From: Candidatus Moraniibacteriota bacterium
GTDB lineage: Bacteria; Patescibacteriota; Minisyncoccia; Moranbacterales; UBA1568
Assembly: GCA_028711705.1 (NCBI GenBank)
Contig: JAQTRS010000002.1
Span: 137,617-201,616 of the forward strand
Length of the DNA: 64,000 nt
Reading direction: 5' to 3'
Part shown: positions 1 through 10,319 of the stretch, one piece after another
How positions within the stretch are numbered: the stretch's first letter is position 1
How the letters are laid out: each line of letters opens with the position of its first letter
Made by a program: the position numbers and the translations under genes
Notes under the pieces: model-generated
Database searches by the model: none
Seen by the model: the letters and a program-made list of their open reading frames with translations, nothing else
What the model was told of the DNA's origin: nothing

Positions 1-2448
1 GATACTCGCGTCGCGGCCATAGCGAAGGCGAGAGAGTTCTTTGAGGTAATGCCCTAGCTCGATATCGCCCCGGACGGGCGCATAGGTTTTCATATTGAAA
101 GGCCTCGTGAGTTCATTGTTCATGAGAAGACGCGCGAAACAATTCCGGTTATCGACATTGACCAGATCCTGGGATGTGAAGACAGGCGCGAACTGCTTTT
201 CCAGGAACTCGGCATCCTCGGGTCCGACCCGGAATACCACGAGCGACCCGACGTTCCCGAACACCGCCTTGGAAATCTCCTCCTTGAGCTGTCCGATGAA
301 CTGATGCGCGAGCGTGAGAATCAAGCGATACTTGCGGGCCTCGGAAAGGATCTGCGCGATGGAATTGGTCGTCACGTTCTGGAACTCATCCAGATAGACA
401 TAGAAGTCTTTGCGTTCGTCCTCGGGAATATCCGTTCGCGAAAGCGCGCCCATCAGGATCTTCCCCACGATGACCATGCCCAATAAGCGGGCATTGATCT
501 CACCGAGCTTTCCCTTGGAAAGATTCACTAAAAGAATCTTACCATCATCCATCAGCTGACGGAAATTGACCGTGCTTTTCTGCTGGGAAATAATCGGACG
601 CATCATATCATTGGAAGTGAAGGTCGTGAGTTTGGAGGTAATATAGGGAACCATATTGGCCAAGGCTGCCTCGCCGCCAGCCTTTTCCGCCTCCTTCGTC
701 CAAAAATCCACCACGGTCGGATTAGTGCAATGCGAAAGCTTCATCTTGCGGAAATCGGGATCCGCCAACACCTTGGAAATCTCCATCAGCGTCGAGCCGC
801 TCTTCGGATGATCCATGATCAAAAGCATAGCGTTGCGCATATACTGCTCGAACATCGGACCTCCCGTCGCCTTCAGGTCGTACAACTGATCGAAGATGCC
901 TATCATCTCATTGATAACGAAGGTCTTCTGCTCCGGGTGCGCCGGGTCGTATTCGAGCAAATTCAAACCGAACGGCCGCTCCATATCGGACGGATCGAAA
1001 ACAATCACGTCTTCGGCGCGTTCTTTGGGAATAGACATCAGGATGTCCTCGATAGCATCGCCGTGCGGATCGATAAAGCAGAATCCCTTACCGGAAGCGG
1101 CATCTTTCTTGGCTAATTCCTGCAAGAACACCGACTTTCCGACACCCGTCTGCCCCACCACATACATATGCCGGCGCCTGTCGACATCGGTGATCCTGAT
1201 ATCCACCTGCGAGCCACGGTAGTCATTATACCCGAGCGATATCCCCTCCTTCGGGATATTGACCGGCGGCGGAGCAGCCCCCGCTTTGAGCCATTTTATC
1301 TTCGGCGTTTCGGTGGTCGAGATGGGCAGATGGAAAAAGCTGGCAACCTCTTCCGTGGTCAGTATCATCGCATCATCCTCGTCAAAATTACGGAAAATAT
1401 AGTCATACACGATCTCCTTCATCACACGACCCTTCTTGCGATTCTTGACCTGGAAATGATTGACGCCATGATTCTCAAACTGGGAAAAGGCATTCTCCAT
1501 ATGCCCCAAAATCTCATCCGCGCGATACTGAGTAGCGGCAGAGGTGATCAATCGCACGTTCACCGAGAAGGCGGACTTACTGGATTTGGCATCGATAGAC
1601 TTCACTAATTCCTGCTCCTCCGGTGTCAGCTGGATCACCTTTTCGCTTTCACCAAGCTTCTCTTTTTTCCTGGAAGAAAAAACGGCCTGAAACACCCCCT
1701 TGGTCAGTTCGGCACCGATTTCGCTTGCCAGCGATTGATGCGCATACTTGAGCTGCTTGCCCTGTTGCATCTTGTGAGCGATCCGCTTGCCGAGCTTGCG
1801 CCATTCTAAACTTGCTGGGACCAGCACGATCTGAATCACCGCACCTTCCTCTATCGTATCGAGCTTGCTTAAAGAATTTGAAATCTCATTAAGCGGATCG
1901 ACTTCGAGCGACTTATACGTTTTGAGCGGCAGCGCATAGATATTCTTGAGCCCGAGCGTGGAAACGGACGTGAAGCTCTTCGGAGAAAAAATCGTATAGT
2001 CGGTGATCTTTTCGACGGAAGCGTTGGGAAAGAAGCTATGGATTTGCTTTTCGATGCTTTCCCGGAACTTCTTGGGCACGGCCATATAAAAAAGAATCTC
2101 TTCACTCGTCGACGGATTCGCGAGCTCGAAGACGATCTGCGGAGCATGGTACAAAAGACGCTTGAACCACGAGACGGTATTCTTCATATTGGAAAGCGAT
2201 CCCAGGAATTGTTCCATGGAACCGATTTCCTCGCGCCACTCGTCCGGCTTCACGATATCGTCTTTCTTCTTATTGATCTTGCTGATCTTGATCATCTCAA
2301 GATCCATATTGAGCGAACGATTCAATTCGAATCGGAAACGAAAGAAGCTGTGCACTATCAAAAAAAGTCCGCTCAGCAGGAAGACGGCGGCACAGGCAAT
2401 CGTCAGCGGGACGAGAAAAGTGTTCAAATCAAGGTTTTCTGCACTCAT
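1..2448 (-). CDS. VirD4/TraG-like type IV secretion coupling ATPase (3' end runs off the window)
   Basis: Read manually because it is absent from the ORF track (no stop in window). ATG at 2448 gives MSAENLDLNTFLVPLTIACAAVFLLSG (N-terminal TM). Walker A VGQTGVGKS near 1133-1160; Walker B YVYLDEFQN near 385-413, followed by SEARKYRL. Confidence 0.85.
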   Translation of the reverse strand, partial: MSAENLDLNTFLVPLTIACAAVFLLSGLFLIVHSFFRFRFELNRSLNMDLEMIKISKINKKKDDIVKPDEWREEIGSMEQFLGSLSNMKNTVSWFKRLLYHAPQIVFELANPSTSEEILFYMAVPKKFRESIEKQIHSFFPNASVEKITDYTIFSPKSFTSVSTLGLKNIYALPLKTYKSLEVDPLNEISNSLSKLDTIEEGAVIQIVLVPASLEWRKLGKRIAHKMQQGKQLKYAHQSLASEIGAELTKGVFQAVFSSRKKEKLGESEKVIQLTPEEQELVKSIDAKSSKSAFSVNVRLITSAATQYRADEILGHMENAFSQFENHGVNHFQVKNRKKGRVMKEIVYDYIFRNFDEDDAMILTTEEVASFFHLPISTTETPKIKWLKAGAAPPPVNIPKEGISLGYNDYRGSQVDIRITDVDRRRHMYVVGQTGVGKSVFLQELAKKDAASGKGFCFIDPHGDAIEDILMSIPKERAEDVIVFDPSDMERPFGLNLLEYDPAHPEQKTFVINEMIGIFDQLYDLKATGGPMFEQYMRNAMLLIMDHPKSGSTLMEISKVLADPDFRKMKLSHCTNPTVVDFWTKEAEKAGGEAALANMVPYITSKLTTFTSNDMMRPIISQQKSTVNFRQLMDDGKILLVNLSKGKLGEINARLLGMVIVGKILMGALSRTDIPEDERKDFYVYLDEFQNVTTNSIAQILSEARKYRLILTLAHQFIGQLKEEISKAVFGNVGSLVVFRVGPEDAEFLEKQFAPVFTSQDLVNVDNRNCFARLLMNNELTRPFNMKTYAPVRGDIELGHYLKELSRLRYGRDASI

Positions 2449-2495
2449 TGTTTTTGTTTTTAGGGAGGATGCGCGTATGTTTCGACTTCCTTTGG

Positions 2496-2918
2496 TTACT
2501 CCGCTATCAATCCGTTCTGCTTGAGGGATTCATAAAACTTATTCGCCAAATCGTCATGCATCTGATCAAGAACGTAGAAATCATTCAGACGTCGAGCGAC
2601 CTTGACGGCATGCACCACGCCTTTCGCGACGGCCAGATCCACCAGCTGCGCTACCTTGGAATCGGCATCCGTCTGAAGAGCGACCTTGTCGGCATCCTGA
2701 TGGATAGCATCATCATGAGCTCCGGTGCTTGGCAGGGCCGTAAGGATACGCTGATACAAGATCTCGCTTTCGCTTTTCACATCCGTCACCTTCTCAGCTG
2801 AAAATTCGGGCGTGCCGATATTCTCGAGCGTATTCCCGCTCATCCCTTCCAGCACGTGACGTTCCTTGGCAGCACTCCCTTCGATCGGTTCGGTGTAGGC
2901 ATTTTTTTCTTCAGGCAT
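2496..2918 (-). CDS. Hypothetical protein (140 aa), co-oriented with the VirD4-like gene
   Basis: ORF track; helical C-terminus KGVVHAVKVARRLNDFYVLDQMHD; tight operon spacing. Confidence 0.75.
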   Translation of the reverse strand: MPEEKNAYTEPIEGSAAKERHVLEGMSGNTLENIGTPEFSAEKVTDVKSESEILYQRILTALPSTGAHDDAIHQDADKVALQTDADSKVAQLVDLAVAKGVVHAVKVARRLNDFYVLDQMHDDLANKFYESLKQNGLIAE

Positions 2919-2934
2919 AGGTATGGATTTCAGT

Positions 2935-3237
2935 TTATTTATCTCCCTTCATCTCCGACTTGAATTCAGCAACAATCTTTTCTACCATCGCATCATAATC
3001 GGCAATCCTACTCTTTATGAAAGCTTCTATTTCGGTTTGTTCCGGCTTCTGCTCGAGCAGCTTCTCATACTCATCCATGCCGGTCTCGCCGAGGTTCTCC
3101 ATCGTATCGACAAAAATCCGTTTCATGAGAACTTCCGTCATATTGCCAAGGATCTCATCCTGCTTCTGCATCGGCAGTACGCCCAAATCGAATTCATCGA
3201 TAAGCTCCTGTCTGAGTTGTTCGTATTGTAGTGCCAT
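2935..3237 (-). CDS. Small acidic helical protein, DUF5663-like
   Basis: ORF track, 100 aa; family assignment by recall only. Confidence 0.65.
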   Translation of the reverse strand: MALQYEQLRQELIDEFDLGVLPMQKQDEILGNMTEVLMKRIFVDTMENLGETGMDEYEKLLEQKPEQTEIEAFIKSRIADYDAMVEKIVAEFKSEMKGDK

Positions 3238-3273
3238 ATGATAGGGAAATAATGATTGATTACTCGTGTTGTC

Positions 3274-6200
3274 TTATGCTTTCGCGGCATTGACGGCATT
3301 CGCCACCTTGGCAACCCATTGAAGCATCGTCTTATCCGGATCGATCTTGGGCATATTCTCGCCCAATGCTCCCGCATACTTCGCCATGACCGCCAGGACT
3401 TTCTTATACTGCCCGGATTGATCGGCCCGAATCTGCTCAAGTGTAAGGTTCTTCATGTCCTGCCAGACACTCTGTTTCCCTCCGGCCAATTCGCCCATAA
3501 GCCCATGAGGAGTCGCGAGACGGATAATTTCCGCATTTTGCTCGGCTGTCAATCCGACGCCACTCATTTCGAATTCTCCGGTATGCATATTCATCTCCGG
3601 CACGGCTGCTTGCGCAGTATCCGCCGAATGCTTGACGACCTCCGCATTTCCGAACACATCGGTCGGTTGCGCCGAGAAACTTTCAGAAGCAGGCCCGTAT
3701 CCGAATACATCGGTCGGTACGGACGCTGTTTGAGGCTCAACATGTCCTGCCACAACTCCTGCATGATGCTCCATCAGATTGACGGCCGATGCCATGACTT
3801 TGGAATGTATGACAGTAGAATGGTCGGCGACCGCGCGCCCGATATTTTTGGTAATGTCTTCTATATGCAGTCCATTGGCCGACAAAGCTATCTTTTCTCC
3901 ACCCACCACATGATCAAGACTTTCCAGCGTCACGCCGGCGTGATCGTGCACATAATCTATCACCATCCTGTGTGCCATCTTTCCGGCTTCCAATTTATCA
4001 TGGCCGCTTGCCACCAAATGATGGATAAGCTGTCCTTCAATACTTTGCCCCGTACCGGCCTGGATAGCAAGTTCGATCGGCTTTTCCATGTGCTCCGTCG
4101 CATTTTCCACAATAGCCCTTGCAAGCGGAGCATTCTCTATCGGCGGCATCGATGCGGTCGGCGATACCTCGGCCGCCGAACCGAACACCTGGAATTTCTC
4201 CATCAGATACTGAGGCGCCCCGAAACCGAGGAAGGCACCTGCCGCAAAACCGGCCGCCGTGCTGCGGGTACGGCTTTTCATCATACTATTGAGCTTGGTG
4301 TCGATAGTCCCGACACTGACGGCCAGACGCTCCTGTACCTGACGTATCATATCCTCAGGGTTCTGTGTGAAGGCCATTTCTTTTTGCGCATCACGGATAC
4401 TGGCATCGAATTCTTTTTGGGAAGTTTTCTGAGATCGATCCTCACCGAATTGGAAAATGCCTCGGCCAGCGACCGCGCCGCCGAATCCACGACGCGCCAA
4501 GAAAGCGGCACTGGCGGCTCCCGCACCCACGGTCATGCCCAATGCGGCACCACCAGCTATCATAACCGCTGAAAAAGCAAGGCGTTCCTTCAAGGATAAT
4601 CCACGATACCAATCCACCGTCTTTTGGACGGCGCCCATCATCCAATCCGGTGTTTTCACATTAACCCGGGCATCATACACATTGACCCGTTCCTGCACTT
4701 CGATCTCCCTCAATACCTCCACGAGATTTTTCTTCAGAAGCTCCTCAGAAGAGCCGCTCTGTATGCGCGCCATCTCCAAACGAGCATTGGTATAGTCCGT
4801 CAGGGCGGACTGATAAGCCTCCTTCATCGCGATCACGTCCTCGTCGATATCCTTAAAGAGATTCTTGCCGAAGAAGCGGCGTACCTTATCCCGGGCGGTC
4901 GTCTGCTTATAATCCATCCGCACATACTCCGATCGAGCAGCGTCCACATGTGCCTTCATCAGCGCAATCTCTTCAATCTGATCATCAAGCAAGAATTCTT
5001 CTACGGATACTTTTCCTCCGAATAGCTGCTCATTCGAAACGGCTTCATTCTCGGTAAGTTCCTTTTCCGATACCGCATGACCAACCATTTCTTCGCTGTC
5101 TGACTCAAGCTCCTGACTTCCTTGCACCCCTTCTTCCTTATCGGCAGCCGGTTTGAGTGTTTCGTCTTGCGCGGAGAGATTTTCCATCGCTTCATGAACA
5201 GGAGCATCCGTACCCTGTTGCGATTCCAAAAGCTCCGCTGCCGTCATCAATGAAACTACCTCACCAGCCGTTTCTTTTTTCACACCGGCTTCCTGATCAG
5301 TCACCCCGGACACCTGCTCCATCTTTTCAGTCTCCTCGTGTTCAGGCTGGCTGTCCACAATCGCCTCAGGCACCGCCGCAACATCCTCAAACGGCTCCTT
5401 CTGCATTTGGTGTGCTTTCAGTTCCGCAGCCAAAACACCCGGGAGATTCCTTGCTACCGTTTTGGAATGCGGAGCCTTATCCAATCCGAGAGAAGTCATC
5501 ACTGTTTGAATGTCACCACCCTCGATAACTTGCACTGCAGCCCGCCTGATATTGTCGGATAACTGAGTTATATATTTTTCTGTCTTGTGCGCTCCTTTGA
5601 ATTTCACGAGATGTCCCTGCGACAAATACGCCCGCAATTCATCGCTTTTCGGTTCAAAGGCCTGTATCGCTTCAACATCCTCTTCACGAACTTCAGGGGC
5701 ATCCGTATCGGCCACGATGATTTCCTTTTGGACCGAAGTCTTCTTGACACCCTGCTCCGAAACAGTCTTTTCAAAAGGACTCTTCGTAGCATCGGACGCC
5801 TCCATAGCGGAAGATACCACTTCTTTTATCGCCGTCTGGTCATCAGAATTCACCTTATCTTCCAATGCACTGACAGATGATTCATCTGTTGTCGCCTGCT
5901 CCAGTAATGTCGATCCACCTTCCGGGATGATTCTTTCGGTAACGATGCTTCCATCTGCGCTCACAGTGGGTTCTTTTTCCACGGCAACTTTTCCGGACAT
6001 AGCAGGAAGACTGTCTTCGATACCCTGGATAGTGAAAGGGACGAAGGCGGACGTTTCAGATTTTTCCTGATTCCCTTGCGCATCCAAAGTCACCTTGTGT
6101 CCGCGCCTTGCCAGTGTCGCTAGCTTGAGCCGAAGCCCTTGTAATTCCACGTAAGCACCGAACCGATCCGCAGGAAATTCCTGAAGCGCGTCCTTGCCGT

Positions 6201-6528
6201 CCCTGGACCGCACCAAAAACGTATCACTTGGCGCGTCGTACTGGGCGATCACATCTTTTGTTCCGTCTATATTCACAAGCGCCACCGGCTTGCCACCATT
6301 CGCCTTCAATCCCAAAACGATGCTTGCGGCCGATTCGGCAGACCGACTCCTCGCATACAAATCCATCAATTGCTCATCCGTTTTATTAAGATCGATGGCC
6401 TTCACATCGGGAAGATTGCTTTCCGATGTCGCAGGAACATCCTCAGCTGTCTTTATTTTAAGATCATGCAATAACGGTCCCAATAGATCCGCCATCGTTC
6501 CGTGTACTGGCTTCGTTTTTTCCGACAT
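3274..6528 (-). CDS. Large hypothetical protein (1084 aa) with acidic low-complexity region and Gly/Ala-rich hydrophobic segments
   Basis: Long ORF; hydrophobic stretches AVMIAGGAALGMTVGAGAASAAFLA and AAGFAAGAFLGFGAP; duplicated PTDVFG motif. Confidence 0.85.
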   Translation of the reverse strand: MSEKTKPVHGTMADLLGPLLHDLKIKTAEDVPATSESNLPDVKAIDLNKTDEQLMDLYARSRSAESAASIVLGLKANGGKPVALVNIDGTKDVIAQYDAPSDTFLVRSRDGKDALQEFPADRFGAYVELQGLRLKLATLARRGHKVTLDAQGNQEKSETSAFVPFTIQGIEDSLPAMSGKVAVEKEPTVSADGSIVTERIIPEGGSTLLEQATTDESSVSALEDKVNSDDQTAIKEVVSSAMEASDATKSPFEKTVSEQGVKKTSVQKEIIVADTDAPEVREEDVEAIQAFEPKSDELRAYLSQGHLVKFKGAHKTEKYITQLSDNIRRAAVQVIEGGDIQTVMTSLGLDKAPHSKTVARNLPGVLAAELKAHQMQKEPFEDVAAVPEAIVDSQPEHEETEKMEQVSGVTDQEAGVKKETAGEVVSLMTAAELLESQQGTDAPVHEAMENLSAQDETLKPAADKEEGVQGSQELESDSEEMVGHAVSEKELTENEAVSNEQLFGGKVSVEEFLLDDQIEEIALMKAHVDAARSEYVRMDYKQTTARDKVRRFFGKNLFKDIDEDVIAMKEAYQSALTDYTNARLEMARIQSGSSEELLKKNLVEVLREIEVQERVNVYDARVNVKTPDWMMGAVQKTVDWYRGLSLKERLAFSAVMIAGGAALGMTVGAGAASAAFLARRGFGGAVAGRGIFQFGEDRSQKTSQKEFDASIRDAQKEMAFTQNPEDMIRQVQERLAVSVGTIDTKLNSMMKSRTRSTAAGFAAGAFLGFGAPQYLMEKFQVFGSAAEVSPTASMPPIENAPLARAIVENATEHMEKPIELAIQAGTGQSIEGQLIHHLVASGHDKLEAGKMAHRMVIDYVHDHAGVTLESLDHVVGGEKIALSANGLHIEDITKNIGRAVADHSTVIHSKVMASAVNLMEHHAGVVAGHVEPQTASVPTDVFGYGPASESFSAQPTDVFGNAEVVKHSADTAQAAVPEMNMHTGEFEMSGVGLTAEQNAEIIRLATPHGLMGELAGGKQSVWQDMKNLTLEQIRADQSGQYKKVLAVMAKYAGALGENMPKIDPDKTMLQWVAKVANAVNAAKA

Positions 6529-6633
6529 ACTTTTATTTTTGAAAATCTACATCCATGAAGAAAATCTATGCTATAATTGTAACATAGAACCAAGAGGCGT
6601 CAAACAAAATAAGTCAAAGAAAAATACACAACT

Positions 6634-8259
6634 ATGCACGTACCGAACCAATCCGCCGTCAGGCTTATGAGCCTGGCATGCCTTGTTGTCATACTCTCGC
6701 TCGCCCTCTTCCTGCGTGCGTATAATATCGAAAATATCCCAACCGGGCTCTATCCGGACGAGGCCGTCAATGCGACCGATGCCCTGCACGCGCTCAAAAC
6801 CCATCACTTCAAACTCTTCTACGAAAATAACCAGGGCCGTGAGGGATTGTTCATTAACCTGCAGGCATTGGCGCTTGGCGTATTGGGCGTCAGTGTGTTC
6901 GCGCTCAAATTCTGGTCGATAGTGTTTGGCACCCTCACCGTCTTAGGGATGTACCTTTTTGCCAAAGAAATCTGGCAAAAGCGCTCTATCGCCCTTATAA
7001 CAGCATATTTTACCGCCATCTCCTTTTGGGCCATCAACTTTTCCCGCATCGGATTCCGAGCCATCATGGTGCCGTTCATCCTCTCTTTCTCTTTTTATTT
7101 CTTCTTCCGCGGGCTTCGCACCAAAAGCTTCATAAGCTTCGCGCTATCCGGCTTCATTTTCGCCCTCGGCCTCCACACCTATATCGCCTTCCGCCTTACT
7201 CCGCTCATCCTCATCTTCTTCCTCATCGGACTCATGCTCTCCTATGAAAATTTCCTCAAGCTCTATTGGAAACACGCCCTCACCTTCATCTTCTTCGCCT
7301 TCATAGCGGCCGTGCCGATGTTTTTCGATTTCTCTGCGCATCCCGAGCATTTCAATTCACGGGCCGCCCATGTCTCCATCTTCTCTCCCGAGATAAACCA
7401 TGGCAATTTCTGGGGAACACTCACCAAAACACTGGGACTGAGCCTTATCAAATACAACTTTGTCGGCGATCAGAATTGGCGCCACAACTATCCTCCCTAC
7501 GCGATTCTCGATCCCATTACCGGCATCGCCTTCCTGGTCGGGTTTCTCTACCTCATCCCCCGTACCGTAAAGCTCCTCGTCAGACGATTGAGGGACAAGG
7601 ACCGCAACAAGGAGCTCGCGCTCAATTTCCTGTTCATCGGGTGGTTTTTCACTATGCTGATGCCGGAATTCCTCACCGATGAGGGGCTGCCGCATGCCCT
7701 TCGGGCTATCGGCACCATCCCGGTCGTTTTCCTGATCGCTTCCACACCCTTTCTGTGGATAGGTGAACGTCTCAGATCAGCACAGCCCGGCATGAAAGTC
7801 ATCATCCTTTCCTTCATCGCCTTCACTCTCATCGGAACCGGCGTCTTCAACGGCGTCAAATATCTCATCTTCTACGCTAACAATCCCAAGCAACACGAAG
7901 CCTTCAATGAAAACTACAAGAATATGGCCCAATACCTCCTGGCACTGCCGGTCGAGGTGAAAAAATATGTCTATGTCAGCTCCGGCGGCATCCTCCCTGA
8001 AAACAACCTGCCCATCGCCGCCCAACCCATCACGTTCTTCACCTACCGAAAGGATATCAATCTATCTTTCATCCTTCCGAACGCGGACGCTCCCGAAGGA
8101 ACACTCAATATTCAGGCGCCATCGACTATCGTGCTCATGAATAACGACGAGGACTTCATCTCATCGGTCCAAACACAGTTCCCGCACACCGTACAAGAAA
8201 CCGTCGACCTCCATCCCGGTTTCAAAAGCGAATTCCGAGTCCTTCACGTTGTCCAATAA
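6634..8259 (+). CDS. GT39/ArnT-like membrane glycosyltransferase
   Basis: N-terminal TM followed by GLYPDEA acidic motif, then multiple TM helices. Confidence 0.85.
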   Translation: MHVPNQSAVRLMSLACLVVILSLALFLRAYNIENIPTGLYPDEAVNATDALHALKTHHFKLFYENNQGREGLFINLQALALGVLGVSVFALKFWSIVFGTLTVLGMYLFAKEIWQKRSIALITAYFTAISFWAINFSRIGFRAIMVPFILSFSFYFFFRGLRTKSFISFALSGFIFALGLHTYIAFRLTPLILIFFLIGLMLSYENFLKLYWKHALTFIFFAFIAAVPMFFDFSAHPEHFNSRAAHVSIFSPEINHGNFWGTLTKTLGLSLIKYNFVGDQNWRHNYPPYAILDPITGIAFLVGFLYLIPRTVKLLVRRLRDKDRNKELALNFLFIGWFFTMLMPEFLTDEGLPHALRAIGTIPVVFLIASTPFLWIGERLRSAQPGMKVIILSFIAFTLIGTGVFNGVKYLIFYANNPKQHEAFNENYKNMAQYLLALPVEVKKYVYVSSGGILPENNLPIAAQPITFFTYRKDINLSFILPNADAPEGTLNIQAPSTIVLMNNDEDFISSVQTQFPHTVQETVDLHPGFKSEFRVLHVVQ

Positions 8260-8273
8260 TTTTCCCCATTCCT

Positions 8274-10241
8274 ATGCAGAATATCAAAAAGCACGCAGGC
8301 CTCATCCTCTTCATCATCCTGGGCATCTCCTTCATACTGTCGGTCGGTGCCCTGAAGGATGATACAGCCACCTTCGATGAGCGGGGCCATATTCCCGCCG
8401 CCTATTTCTATGTCCGTTACGGGGATATGCGTCTCAATCCGGAACACCCACCCCTCCTCAAGGATCTGGCGGGACTGCCGCTATTATTCATACAGCCGAC
8501 TTTCCCGCTGACGAGCGAACTTTGGACCGATGGCATCACCAGGGAATGGCAATTCGGAACCGCCATGTGGTCAACCTGGCATATCGGCACCGAGTTCCTT
8601 TATAAAAGCGGTAATGATGCAGAGCTCCTGATTTTCCTCCTCCGCCTCCCCATGGTGCTCCTGAGTCTCCTCTTGGGTTTCTTTGTCTACCGATTCACCA
8701 AGGAAATTGCCGGAACGGTTGCCGGACTCTTTGCTGCGTTTCTCTTCGCTTTCGATCCCAATGTTTTGGCGCATAATCACTACGTCACCACGGACCTGGG
8801 TATCGCGGCATTCATTTTTATCGCGACCTACTATTTCGTTCACTTCCTCAAGCATCCTTCCCCGAAACACATCGCCCTTGCCGGAATCACGCTCGGCCTC
8901 GCCCAATTGGCCAAATTCTCCGCCATCCTCCTTATCCCGCTTTTCGGACTGCTCGTCATCATCGCCGGCCTCACCAGACAACCCTCATCGCGGATCACCT
9001 CATCGCTTGGCGCCTTCCGCCGAAAAACGCTCGGCTCTTTCGTATTCCACTACATAGGCATACTCTGCATCGCTTTCTTCGTCATCTGGATGGGCTACCT
9101 TGCCAATACCTGGAATATGCCCGCTCAAAAAACCGTATTGCATGCCAACCTCGTCTTTGCTGGCGGTGCCGCACCGAAAACATTCGCGCGCGACACCGTC
9201 GTCACCCTCGCCCAAACGAAAGGGCTCGAACCGATCGCGCACTATATGCTCGGCGTCTTCATGGTCTTCTCCCGTGTCACCGGCGGCAATTCATTCTATT
9301 TCCTCGGCGATATGCCGGACCATGCCTCCAAGGCATATTTCCCGACCATCTTCTTCCTCAAGGAAACCCTTCCGCTTGTCTTCCTCATCGTTGTCACGGC
9401 ACTTTATACCCTCTGGCGCATCATACGGATATCCTCATCCAAAAACATCTCCTTGATCCGCGGATTCTCGCAGTCTTTCCAGCGGCACATCCCGCAGTAC
9501 ACCATGCTGAGCTTCGTTATTTTCTATGCATATCTGAGCATCATGGGCAATCTCAATATCGGCTTCAGACACCTTTTCCCGATACTGCCATTCATATACG
9601 TCTTAGTCACCATCACGCTTTTCAATTTTATCAAAACCAGATCCGACGCTCCGGCGCATATCTATTGCCCGACCAAGCATATGTACCACATCCTCTTGGG
9701 AGTCTTCGCCTTTTGGATTGCCGCCATCCCAGTCATCGCCTATCCGAATTACCTCTCGTATTTCAACGAGATTGTCGGCGCAAAAAACGGCCACACCGTC
9801 GCCGTCGATTCCAATTATGACTGGGGACAGAACCTTAAACGATTGAAAATATGGATCGACACCTACAACCGATGCATCGCTCAAGAAGACGATTTCCTTG
9901 AGCGCTCCTGCGATTCGCTCACAGAGGACGGCTCCTTCCCGACACAGATGCCGATCACTGATCCTCATATCGACTACTACGGCGGCAGCGAGGTCAGCTA
10001 CTACTTCCCGGAAGGCACGTATACCGCATGGCATTCCGGCGATGCCCCGACATCGGGATGGTTCGCTCTCTCCGCCACCTTCTTCGAGGAAAACCTGCAC
10101 AAACCCCTCAAGCCCGGTGAGACCGACTACTCCTGGCTCCTAAGCTACCAGCCTATCGGACGGGCCGGCAATTCTATGTTCATCTTCTATGTCAGCCCCG
10201 AAAGCCTCAAGCCATCCGCTCCATCACAACATTCAAACTAA
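8274..10241 (+). CDS. GT39/PMT-like phospholipid-carrier-dependent glycosyltransferase
   Basis: ATFDE...HIPA, NPEHPPLLK, HNHYVTTDL and DSNYDWGQ motifs; multi-TM. Confidence 0.85.
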   Translation: MQNIKKHAGLILFIILGISFILSVGALKDDTATFDERGHIPAAYFYVRYGDMRLNPEHPPLLKDLAGLPLLFIQPTFPLTSELWTDGITREWQFGTAMWSTWHIGTEFLYKSGNDAELLIFLLRLPMVLLSLLLGFFVYRFTKEIAGTVAGLFAAFLFAFDPNVLAHNHYVTTDLGIAAFIFIATYYFVHFLKHPSPKHIALAGITLGLAQLAKFSAILLIPLFGLLVIIAGLTRQPSSRITSSLGAFRRKTLGSFVFHYIGILCIAFFVIWMGYLANTWNMPAQKTVLHANLVFAGGAAPKTFARDTVVTLAQTKGLEPIAHYMLGVFMVFSRVTGGNSFYFLGDMPDHASKAYFPTIFFLKETLPLVFLIVVTALYTLWRIIRISSSKNISLIRGFSQSFQRHIPQYTMLSFVIFYAYLSIMGNLNIGFRHLFPILPFIYVLVTITLFNFIKTRSDAPAHIYCPTKHMYHILLGVFAFWIAAIPVIAYPNYLSYFNEIVGAKNGHTVAVDSNYDWGQNLKRLKIWIDTYNRCIAQEDDFLERSCDSLTEDGSFPTQMPITDPHIDYYGGSEVSYYFPEGTYTAWHSGDAPTSGWFALSATFFEENLHKPLKPGETDYSWLLSYQPIGRAGNSMFIFYVSPESLKPSAPSQHSN

Positions 10242-10262
10242 CGCACGCTCTTAATAGACAGC

Positions 10263-10297
10263 AAAAAAACCGTCATAGCCATGACGGTTTTTGTTTT
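10263..10297. terminator. Bidirectional intrinsic terminator between convergent genes
   Basis: aaaaaaaccgtcat-agcc-atgacggtttttgtttt hairpin with A and T runs. Confidence 0.8.
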
Positions 10298-10319
10298 CAC
10301 CCCTTCACGCGGATAAAGA

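Noticed and set aside
3256-4572. Other long antisense ORFs (also 15116-16288, 23733-25040, 11301-12275)
   Set aside because: They fully overlap well-supported opposite-strand genes and have no independent coding signal
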